Below, one piece after another: positions 44,377-51,428 of a stretch of DNA of 64,000 nt; positions within the stretch are counted from its first letter, which is position 1; each line of letters begins with the position of its first letter. A program made the translations under genes and the position numbers. The stretch spans positions 32,001-96,000 of the IMG/VR virus record IMGVR_UViG_3300045988_126550; one strand, given 5' to 3'. A model generated the notes under the pieces. It ran no database searches. It was given only the letters and a program-made list of their open reading frames with translations, and was not told the DNA's origin. This DNA comes from a virus.

Positions 44377-44556
44377 GCGCTTGACACGGCGCTGGTGTTA
44401 TCTCTGGCATACGGATTACTAGTATGCAAAGCATTTACTTCGGTGGAAAATGCGGGGCAGAACAGAACCTTGGGTCTGTCACTTACACATCCATCCAAGT
44501 GTGGTTTGTGCTGAGGCCGGTGATGGGGCGGTCGTTTATAATACCCCATTCAATAT

Positions 44557-44633
44557 GCGCCACTATCCCAACAGGCAGAGGAAATGCACTCAAAATGCAT
44601 CAAGTCTCAGTTCGAATCTGAGATGGCGTACCA
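44557..44633 (+). tRNA. tRNA with anticodon CAA but a short variable loop (not Leu-type architecture); CCA encoded
   Basis: GCGCCAC-TA-TCC-CAACAGGCAGA-GGA-A-ATGCA-CTCAAAA-TGCAT-CAAGT-CTCAG-TTCGAAT-CTGAG-ATGGCGT-A-CCA. G1-U72 wobble and a 7-66 mismatch. Confidence 0.5.
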
Positions 44634-45076
44634 AATGATAGTAAGTAGTGCAAATTTCATAAGTGATTACCGATGAGAATAAGCTCCCGACAGGATTTGC
44701 TAACTGTTGATATTAATTAGATGAGCTGAAGGTAATTGACGAAACACTATGAAATGGAGTCATGCACGGCTCCGCTTGCTATCATTACCACACCGTTTGA
44801 TGTGTGCCGACGGTATAAAAAATGGTAAACATCATTTCAAGGGTAGAGGATATGAAATGTGAATCCAGCCACTTGAATTGAGTCCTATAGCCCATGGTAC
44901 TAGTGGACTATGCGTGAATGGACACTACTTGAGATAGCATCAAAACAGCAATCCTAAAAAGTACCTGAAACGCTAGGCAATTATGAAATTATAGTTATTA
45001 AATCCTTCTTAAACCAAAGTTCACAGAATGGTCAACCAAGATAATTAAGGTTAAGTATTTAATAACTATAATATAT

Positions 45077-45172
45077 GCCCTCATAGTTTAACGGTAAAAC
45101 ACCCGGTTTATACCCGGCATTGAGGCTCCAGATTAGGGCACGTTCTCCGTTCGAATCGGAGTGGGGGTACCA
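45077..45172 (+). tRNA. tRNA-Ile(TAT)-like gene with a ~26-nt variable region; CCA encoded
   Basis: GCCCTCA-TA-GTTT-AACGGTA-AAAC-A-CCCGG-TTTATAC-CCGGC-[ATTGAGGCTCCAGATTAGGGCACGTT]-CTCCG-TTCGAAT-CGGAG-TGGGGGT-A-CCA. Confidence 0.5.
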
Positions 45173-45304
45173 GCCACCAGAGATGCGAATGTGCAACTTA
45201 CTGCATCCGTGTAATATTTGGCAATCTTAACCGCGATAGTGTTGAGTGCTTGGATAATCTTATTACTTCTACAACAGATAATTTCGCCAAGAAGTAAATT
45301 ATAT

Positions 45305-45379
45305 TGGGATGTCGCCAAGTGGTAAGGCACCAGACTTTGACTCTGGCATTCGTAGGTTCGAGTCCTGCCATCCCAGCCA
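45305..45379 (+). tRNA. tRNA-Gln(TTG), canonical; CCA encoded
   Basis: TGGGATG-TC-GCC-AAGTGGTAA-GGC-A-CCAGA-CTTTGAC-TCTGG-CATTC-GTAGG-TTCGAGT-CCTGC-CATCCCA-G-CCA. Very similar to E. coli tRNA-Gln. Confidence 0.85.
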
Positions 45380-45735
45380 TGGCTTTTGGCATTTGAGCCA
45401 TATAATCAATATGCCAGCCGATGAAACAAAGGCTTCGTTAGGTGGTGTTTGTGGAGGCTCTACCCGTAGGTTTGATGTTATCTTGTAAAGAGATGGTTCC
45501 TGCGTCCTAACTTAGATCTTTCACAAAAACATCAACACATAATTGTCTTATCGCACCTCTGTTTAGCATTACAAGTGCCCCAGATAAGCCTTTGGAGAAA
45601 AATGAAATCCTATTTTTCATAAGGGTGGACTGAATAAGTTGGTCATATTGAGTCCGTTCTAACTTTTGGTTGTAATGTAGTTGCTAAGTGGTTGATTACT
45701 GACCACATGAAACCACTCGGCAACGGCCAAAATAT

Positions 45736-45811
45736 GCGGTAGTAGCTCAATTGGTAGAGCCTCAGATTTCCAATCTGATTGTTGCGGGATCGTGCCCCGT
45801 CTACCGTTCCA
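45736..45811 (+). tRNA. tRNA-Gly(TCC) with an atypical T loop; CCA encoded
   Basis: GCGGTAG-TA-GCTC-AATTGGTA-GAGC-C-TCAGA-TTTCCAA-TCTGA-TTGTT-GCGGG-ATCGTGC-CCCGT-CTACCGT-T-CCA. Confidence 0.8.
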
Positions 45812-45943
45812 CCGCTCTCGCGGATTCTCGGCGATGCTTCCAACAAGTATGCGAAAGAGAAAAATGGTATAAGTCTCACAATTACTACCTGCTGTTACAG
45901 GTTGACTGAATAAAGGTAATTACAAAAATAAAAGGAGACAATT

Positions 45944-46213
45944 ATGGTACAGAATGTTGTAATTGGTAGACCTCTTGTAAACTCGGCTCAACTGTTTGCA
46001 AATAGTGTTAAAGATTGGGATGAAAATGAAAAAGAGATTACTCTATTTACCGAAGAAAGATTCCTGCCTCGTATTCTTGTAGCGGCTGGAATTGCCAAAA
46101 GCACCACCGAAGTACGAAAGAATAGACCCGAACTTGTAAAAGAGTTGGCTGATGTTGATTTTATTAGGATTAAGTGGGGCAAAAAATTTCTGTGGATTGC
46201 AGTTGGTGAATAA
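45944..46213 (+). CDS. hypothetical protein inside the tRNA array (weak S4-like RNA-binding resemblance)
   Basis: 89-aa ORF with an AAAGGAGA RBS. The segment ILVAAGIAKSTTEVRKN loosely resembles S4/TyrRS C-terminal alpha-L motifs. Its stop abuts tRNA-Lys. Confidence 0.55.
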   Translation: MVQNVVIGRPLVNSAQLFANSVKDWDENEKEITLFTEERFLPRILVAAGIAKSTTEVRKNRPELVKELADVDFIRIKWGKKFLWIAVGE

Positions 46214-46288
46214 CGCCCGCTGGCCAAATGGTAAGGCACCACACTTTTAATGTGGGCATTCTGAGTTCGATTCTCAGGCGGGCGACCA
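46214..46288 (+). tRNA. tRNA-Lys(TTT) with a Gln-like D arm; CCA encoded
   Basis: CGCCCGC-TG-GCC-AAATGGTAA-GGC-A-CCACA-CTTTTAA-TGTGG-GCATT-CTGAG-TTCGATT-CTCAG-GCGGGCG-A-CCA. Confidence 0.85.
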
Positions 46289-46314
46289 TATTTTTTTAGT
46301 ATGAAGGTGAAATA

Positions 46315-46809
46315 ATGCCAAAAGCGTTAGATTTAACCAATAAGAGATTTGGCTCATTAGTGGTATTATCAAAAGCTAAAAGCAGAGCAAATAAAACTTA
46401 TTGGCTTTGTCGATGCGATTGTGGGGTTCAGAAAGAAATTCAAACATCTCATCTTATGTCTGGAGCAATAAAATCTTGTGGATGCCAATTTGACCCGATA
46501 AAAAATTTTGGAAGAGTTGACAAAGAAATAGAATGTCATATTTGCGGAAGAAAATTTTTACCCAATAATGCGATGAGAAAATATTGTTATGAATGCGTCC
46601 CAGCAAGACTTTCTTCACGAGAACGAATCAATCATTTAGACCGTTTAATAAAACATATACTAATTCAATATAAAGGCGGGAAATGTGAAAAATGCGGATA
46701 TGATAGATGTGAGGGAGCCCTTCATTTTCATCATAGAAATCCAAAAGAAAAAGAATTTGTAGTGTCACAAATAAATCTTAGTAACGAATTTGGCATTCGT
46801 CAATTATAG
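46315..46809 (+). CDS. HNH endonuclease interrupted by an in-frame TAG (motif completed in frame to 46875)
   Basis: KSCGC, CHICG..CYEC and LHFHHRNPKEKEF lie before TAG at 46807. QEVDKCSLLCANCHAEEHYKK follows in the same frame. Confidence 0.7.
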   Translation: MPKALDLTNKRFGSLVVLSKAKSRANKTYWLCRCDCGVQKEIQTSHLMSGAIKSCGCQFDPIKNFGRVDKEIECHICGRKFLPNNAMRKYCYECVPARLSSRERINHLDRLIKHILIQYKGGKCEKCGYDRCEGALHFHHRNPKEKEFVVSQINLSNEFGIRQL

Positions 46810-46947
46810 CAAGAAGTAGATAAGTGTTCTCTTTTATGTGCCAATTGTCACGCGGAAGAGCATTATAAGAAATAGTTATTGTGAAATTCAAACGCGTCTA
46901 CCTTTGGGCGCCCCGTAATAGCCGGACTAAAACATAAGGAGGTAAAT

Positions 46948-47109
46948 ATGGATACTAAAACGTTGAAAGACATTATTGCCACAAGAATTCAGGCCGAAAA
47001 TGGTAACCCAACGGGAATATCATTCTTGTATTCGATTGTGCAAATGGTTAATGAACTAGAGGAATTAAAATTAGAAAATGAACGTCTTAAGCAAGAACTA
47101 TGTAAGTAA
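46948..47109 (+). CDS. small hypothetical coiled-coil protein (53 aa)
   Basis: AAGGAGGT RBS. A terminator follows. Confidence 0.5.
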   Translation: MDTKTLKDIIATRIQAENGNPTGISFLYSIVQMVNELEELKLENERLKQELCK

Positions 47110-47112
47110 ATT

Positions 47113-47160
47113 ATAACCCGTGCTATCAATGGATCGGGTAGCATGGGTTATTATTTTTTT
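47113..47160 (+). terminator. rho-independent terminator
   Basis: ATAACCCGTGCTA...TAGCATGGGTTAT followed by a T-run. Confidence 0.65.
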
Positions 47161-47175
47161 GTTATTAGGAGTGAT

Positions 47176-47820
47176 ATGATGCGTAAGTGGAAGCAAGTAA
47201 TTGTAATTTTGGGACTTTTATTATTTGTAATTATTATTAATATATTGAATAAAAAAGATTATGTAGCATCAGAAAATGCTAGTTTATATAAAGAACCTTT
47301 AATCGTAGAATATGAATCAGAAACAAACCCGCCAATCAACAAGCTTAATATTTATGAACAGGCAGTACTATATCAGGAAGAAATTTTCGAGCAGCAACAA
47401 GAAAAATTAAAGCAAGAAGAATTAGATGATATTTTATCAAAATGTAATATATATTGCGACGTGTCTGAAATCAAATTTGTAGATACAAATACACAATATA
47501 CAGATTATGAAAAACAACTATTAGCTCAATGTCTATATTGTGAAGCCGGAAGCACATCATGGGAGTGTCAAGTAATTACATTGTCTGCCATTCTTAATCA
47601 TTGTGACGAATACGGTGGATTATGGGTATTGAATTCTGAAAATCATTTTGCAGTTGCTCCATATTATCAATATGTTATGCCACAAGAAGAACAAGATAAA
47701 GTTGTTGATTATGTATTATCTGGACATAGAATTGCAGATGTTGTATATTTTAGAATACATACATTCCATAGTTTTGGTACGCCAATGTTATATGTAGATG
47801 GAGTATATTTCTCAAAATAA
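47176..47820 (+). CDS. SleB/CwlJ-like cell wall hydrolase with an N-terminal membrane anchor
   Basis: ATG after TAGGAG. A transmembrane helix is followed by LLAQCLYCEAGSTSWECQVITLSAILNH, which resembles the Hydrolase_2 core. Confidence 0.6.
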   Translation: MMRKWKQVIVILGLLLFVIIINILNKKDYVASENASLYKEPLIVEYESETNPPINKLNIYEQAVLYQEEIFEQQQEKLKQEELDDILSKCNIYCDVSEIKFVDTNTQYTDYEKQLLAQCLYCEAGSTSWECQVITLSAILNHCDEYGGLWVLNSENHFAVAPYYQYVMPQEEQDKVVDYVLSGHRIADVVYFRIHTFHSFGTPMLYVDGVYFSK

Positions 47821-47821
47821 A

Positions 47822-47849
47822 ATAGTGGATTATTTCCCACTATTTTTTT
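47822..47849 (+). terminator. rho-independent terminator
   Basis: ATAGTGG-attatttc-CCACTAT followed by TTTTTT. Confidence 0.75.
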
Positions 47850-47859
47850 ATGCAATGGG

Positions 47860-47887
47860 TTGACAAATTGTAAATACATGATATACT
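47860..47887 (+). promoter_or_regulatory. sigma-A-type promoter (extended -10)
   Basis: TTGACA-N16-TGaTATACT. Confidence 0.6.
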
Positions 47888-47903
47888 AATACAGGATAAA
47901 CAA

Positions 47904-47914
47904 TACAAAATTAA
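47904..47914 (+). promoter_or_regulatory. leader motif TACAAAATTAA (exact)
   Basis: 18 nt upstream of ATG 47933. Confidence 0.55.
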
Positions 47915-47932
47915 TTAAAGGATGGTGCATAT

Positions 47933-48088
47933 ATGAAGACAGATAAGTATATTTTATTTTATAAGCATAATGGAGTTAATAAATGGATTGACGCAAATAA
48001 TCTATCACTGCTTAAAACAGTGCCGAATATTTGCGAGTGGATGACAGAATACAAAATTATTGACAGCACAACTGGAGAGGAGGTATAA
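47933..48088 (+). CDS. small hypothetical protein (51 aa)
   Basis: AAAGGATGG RBS after a promoter and a leader motif. Confidence 0.45.
   Translation: MKTDKYILFYKHNGVNKWIDANNLSLLKTVPNICEWMTEYKIIDSTTGEEV
48050..48060 (+). promoter_or_regulatory. leader-motif variant TACAAAATTAT
   Basis: 29 nt upstream of ATG 48090, inside a small ORF. Confidence 0.35.
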
Positions 48089-48089
48089 A

Positions 48090-49190
48090 ATGAGAGTGTA
48101 TATGGACAATGCTGCCACAACTCCCATTTGTGAAGCAGCAAAGAAAGTTATTCTAGAAAATTTGGATGAGTTCTATAATCCCAACAGTTCTTATGAGACG
48201 GCTCGTAATGTCAAAGTAAAGGTAGAAGAAGCACGTGAAAAGATTGCGGAGTTGATTGGGGCAGAACCAAACGAAATCTATTTCACGTCTGGTGGATCAG
48301 AAGCAAACTCATGGGTGATGTGTAATGGATTTTCTGTTACTTCTAATATTGAACATCATTCTATTAAATCAGATTTTAAAATTAATGTAGATTCAAATGG
48401 ATTGATTGATTGTACAAAATTTAAAACAAAGATACATGAAATGAAAGACAATGATTTTTGTATCCCACCAAGCATTGCATCGTGTATGTTTGTAAATAAC
48501 GAAATAGGGGTAATTGAACCAATTAAAGACTTGGCAAAGATTGCACATGACAATAATATGTTATTTCATTCAGACGCAGTACAGGCCTTCCCTCATATGA
48601 AGATTGATGTAAAAAATCTTGGCGTAGATATGATGTCGTGTTCGGGGCACAAGTTTGGTTCTCCTAAGGGGATCGGCTTCCTGTATATTAAAAATGGAAT
48701 TAGTATTAATCCATTAATTAATGGTGGCGGGCAGGAAAGAGGGATCCGAGGCGGCACGACCAATGTACTGGGCGTCCTTGCAATGGCGGCAGCTTTAGAA
48801 GATACAATCGCGCACATGGATGAAAACAACGCGAAAGTCTCTTGCTTATCAAAGAAATTAAAGGATAACTTACTTGGGGTAAAAGGAGTCACACTTAATG
48901 CAATTGATGCAAAAACTCCATGTATAGAAAGTATTTTAAACCTCAGGATTGACGATGTGAAGAGTTCTGACCTAGTCACAATGTGTGATCTATATGGCAT
49001 TGAGATTAGCTCTGGGTCGGCATGTAACGAAGGAACAGCAGAGCCTTCTCATGTGCTCAAAGCTATTGGGCTCACAACCGAACAGGCATTAAGCAGCATT
49101 AGAATCTCACTATCTCATCTAAACACTGAAGAAGAAATCGACTATGTTTCTAAAATGTTACCAAAAATTATTTCCAGATTACGCCAGTAA
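48090..49190 (+). CDS. cysteine desulfurase (NifS/IscS-like class V aminotransferase)
   Basis: YMDNAATTP, SGGSEAN, HSDAVQA, the PLP lysine in SGHKFGSPKG, and the catalytic Cys in SSGSACNEG. Confidence 0.85.
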   Translation: MRVYMDNAATTPICEAAKKVILENLDEFYNPNSSYETARNVKVKVEEAREKIAELIGAEPNEIYFTSGGSEANSWVMCNGFSVTSNIEHHSIKSDFKINVDSNGLIDCTKFKTKIHEMKDNDFCIPPSIASCMFVNNEIGVIEPIKDLAKIAHDNNMLFHSDAVQAFPHMKIDVKNLGVDMMSCSGHKFGSPKGIGFLYIKNGISINPLINGGGQERGIRGGTTNVLGVLAMAAALEDTIAHMDENNAKVSCLSKKLKDNLLGVKGVTLNAIDAKTPCIESILNLRIDDVKSSDLVTMCDLYGIEISSGSACNEGTAEPSHVLKAIGLTTEQALSSIRISLSHLNTEEEIDYVSKMLPKIISRLRQ

Positions 49191-49195
49191 GGTAC

Positions 49196-49223
49196 TTGAC
49201 AAATGAAGATTCCATGCTATAAT
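49196..49223 (+). promoter_or_regulatory. sigma-A-type promoter (extended -10)
   Basis: TTGACA-N16-TGcTATAAT. Confidence 0.65.
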
Positions 49224-49228
49224 AACAA

Positions 49229-49239
49229 TACAAAATTAA
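49229..49239 (+). promoter_or_regulatory. leader motif TACAAAATTAA (exact)
   Basis: 19 nt upstream of ATG 49259. Confidence 0.55.
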
Positions 49240-49258
49240 TTGAAAGGAGATTGACACC

Positions 49259-49432
49259 ATGACAGAGGACAATCGTATTAAGGAAGAAGCCAAGAAGCAG
49301 AGAAATTTTTGGACATGTCCACGACCAGTGACTAAGGTTTTGCGCAACGCTAAGGCATACAACAGGGCCAAGGATCGTAAGGATAAACGATTGTATGAGG
49401 AAGACGTAGAAGATGCTATCGAAGAAAGATAA
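49259..49432 (+). CDS. small basic hypothetical protein (57 aa)
   Basis: AAAGGAGA RBS after a promoter and a leader motif. Confidence 0.45.
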   Translation: MTEDNRIKEEAKKQRNFWTCPRPVTKVLRNAKAYNRAKDRKDKRLYEEDVEDAIEER

Positions 49433-49826
49433 AAGTTATTTTAGGGCGGCTCAGGCAGTTAGCACACTATCAGATTTCAAAAGAATAAACGTAGGAGCGG
49501 TCTTGGTTTATAAGCACCGAATAATTTCAAGTTCTTGTAATTCTCAGCGGACACATCCTTTACAGCGCAAGTTGAATAAAGAAAGGTTCAACGAAGACAC
49601 TCCTGCGAAATTACATGCCGAAGTTAACTGCCTTATTTCATTACTTGGAAATAAAGATATTAAATGGAAAGACTGTGAACTCTATGTGTATAGAGAATAT
49701 AAGCGTGGAGGGTTGGCTATGAGTCGGCCTTGTCCATCCTGCCAAAAATTAATTAAAGAACTTGGCATTAAGACTGTCCATTACACTACTGACGGTGGGT
49801 ATGCCACAGAAGAATTTGAAATTTAA
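49413..49826 (+). CDS. dCMP (deoxycytidylate) deaminase
   Basis: Zinc motifs HAEVNCL and PCPSCQKLI. Confidence 0.85.
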   Translation: MLSKKDKSYFRAAQAVSTLSDFKRINVGAVLVYKHRIISSSCNSQRTHPLQRKLNKERFNEDTPAKLHAEVNCLISLLGNKDIKWKDCELYVYREYKRGGLAMSRPCPSCQKLIKELGIKTVHYTTDGGYATEEFEI

Positions 49827-49836
49827 GGAGACAATT

Positions 49837-49995
49837 ATGAAAGAAGCATATTCCGATCTATGCAAAGCATGTTATATTCGCATTATGAAGCCTTCAAAAA
49901 AGGAGATTAAGAAAATTGTAATGACACCATATGAAACAGAATGCGAGTGTTGTCATAAGACCAAACAGGTGGTCGATTATGTGGAGGACGATTAA
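49837..49995 (+). CDS. small Cys-rich hypothetical protein
   Basis: Internal ATG after AAGGAGA. Confidence 0.5.
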   Translation: MKEAYSDLCKACYIRIMKPSKKEIKKIVMTPYETECECCHKTKQVVDYVEDD

Positions 49996-50228
49996 TGAAA
50001 GGTCTTCCATCTAAAGAGATTGTGATGACAGAGATTAAATCTCTAAAAGGAGAAACATTTTATATTACAACAACTGCATTACGCGATACATATTATATAT
50101 ACAAAATTGCAAATAATGTTGCTACAAAGCTTGGGAGCAATAAAAGCCCTTTGGTATTGGAGGATAAATATATCGGAGAACGAGAAAAAGCATTAAAAAG
50201 ATTGGAGAAAATGATAGATGAGCAATGA
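49995..50228 (+). CDS. hypothetical protein
   Basis: TAATG overlap. 77 aa. Confidence 0.6.
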   Translation: MKGLPSKEIVMTEIKSLKGETFYITTTALRDTYYIYKIANNVATKLGSNKSPLVLEDKYIGEREKALKRLEKMIDEQ

Positions 50229-50616
50229 ATATAAAGATTATTATGAAGACCTTTATTGTGAGTTTGAAGACAGAGTTGAGGCACTAGATTTTCTACCGGA
50301 TGGCTGGGTTAATAGTTTTGTGCCAAAGCTGAAAGAAGAACTCTTTGGTATTATTGGTAGTTATACTGAAAACTTTGAAATTGTACAGGCGAAGGAAAAG
50401 TGGGGAAAACTAAGAGTGTATTGGAGCTGGGAAGACAAGGATTATTCCGACCTAGAAGCTGCTGATATGAATGAATTATATGACAAGATTGAAAATACAC
50501 TTGAAAAATACGCCACTATTAGCCGGAAAACTTGTGCGGTGTGCGGAAAGTCAGCAACGTCATATACGACTGGATGGGTGCTTCCTGTTTGTGAAGAATG
50601 CAAGGAGGAGGCGTAA
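50218..50616 (+). CDS. hypothetical protein (C-terminal CxxC...CxxC)
   Basis: 132-aa ORF. Confidence 0.65.
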   Translation: MSNEYKDYYEDLYCEFEDRVEALDFLPDGWVNSFVPKLKEELFGIIGSYTENFEIVQAKEKWGKLRVYWSWEDKDYSDLEAADMNELYDKIENTLEKYATISRKTCAVCGKSATSYTTGWVLPVCEECKEEA

Positions 50617-50618
50617 TT

Positions 50619-51413
50619 ATGACAGAAGAAAGAATGAAGTTGGTAGAGCCAATTCTAAATACATTTGAAAATGAAGATATTAAAGAATTTGCTATTGTGC
50701 TACTAGACAATTTGCCAGAGTATATTTGGAGCGTACCAGCTTCAAGTACTGGTAAATATCATCCGCAATATAGCTTGGGTCTAGGTGGTTTGATGAGACA
50801 TCAGATTGCAGTTGTAAGATTCCTGAACTTTTTCTTTGAGCTTGAGCAATACCAGAACGTTATTAATAGCAGAGAGCGTGACTTAATGCGTATAGCTGGT
50901 CTTGTACATGATGGACGTAAGAGCGGCTCTCAACAGGATTTTGAGCGTTCTAAATATACCAAGTTTGACCATCCTAAGCTAATGGCAGATGTTATTACAT
51001 CATATTCTGGCAAATATTTAACAGTAGAAGAGCTTGCATTTGTTTCACGTGCTATTAATAGCCACATGGGACAATGGAATATTGATAAGAAAACTGGCAT
51101 AGAACTTCCTAAACCTTCAAATGTATATGAAGAGCTTGTTCACTTAGCCGACTATCTAGCAAGTCGTAAGTCTTTGACTATGGATTTTGAAAATATTGAA
51201 GTTCCGCGCACTGTGGTTATTAATCCAGAAGAATATGTAATGCAATTCGGCAAGTACAAGGGACAGAAAATTATTGATGTGTATCGTGAACATCCAGACT
51301 ATTTGCAATGGTGTGAGGAAAATATTGGTCGCAGAGATGTTCTAGATGCTATTGCAGCTTGTAAGAAGAAAGCGGAAGAAAAGATTGAGGCTGATGACGA
51401 TATTGATTTATAA
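50619..51413 (+). CDS. HD-domain phosphohydrolase
   Basis: GKYHP...RH...GLVHDGRK...HLADYLAS. The C-terminal FGKYKGQKIIDV...PDYLQWC module is seen in other phage and nuclease proteins. Confidence 0.75.
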   Translation: MTEERMKLVEPILNTFENEDIKEFAIVLLDNLPEYIWSVPASSTGKYHPQYSLGLGGLMRHQIAVVRFLNFFFELEQYQNVINSRERDLMRIAGLVHDGRKSGSQQDFERSKYTKFDHPKLMADVITSYSGKYLTVEELAFVSRAINSHMGQWNIDKKTGIELPKPSNVYEELVHLADYLASRKSLTMDFENIEVPRTVVINPEEYVMQFGKYKGQKIIDVYREHPDYLQWCEENIGRRDVLDAIAACKKKAEEKIEADDDIDL

Positions 51414-51428
51414 GGAGAATTAAGGCAC

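Noticed and set aside
44168-44633. A tmRNA. This is an ORF-free structured region ending in a T arm, acceptor 3' strand and CCA.
   Set aside because: The 3' T arm and acceptor pair with a 5' strand only 74 nt upstream, giving an ordinary-sized tRNA. I found no distal 5' partner strand, no G3-U70 pair and no tag reading frame ending in a hydrophobic ...AA-stop.
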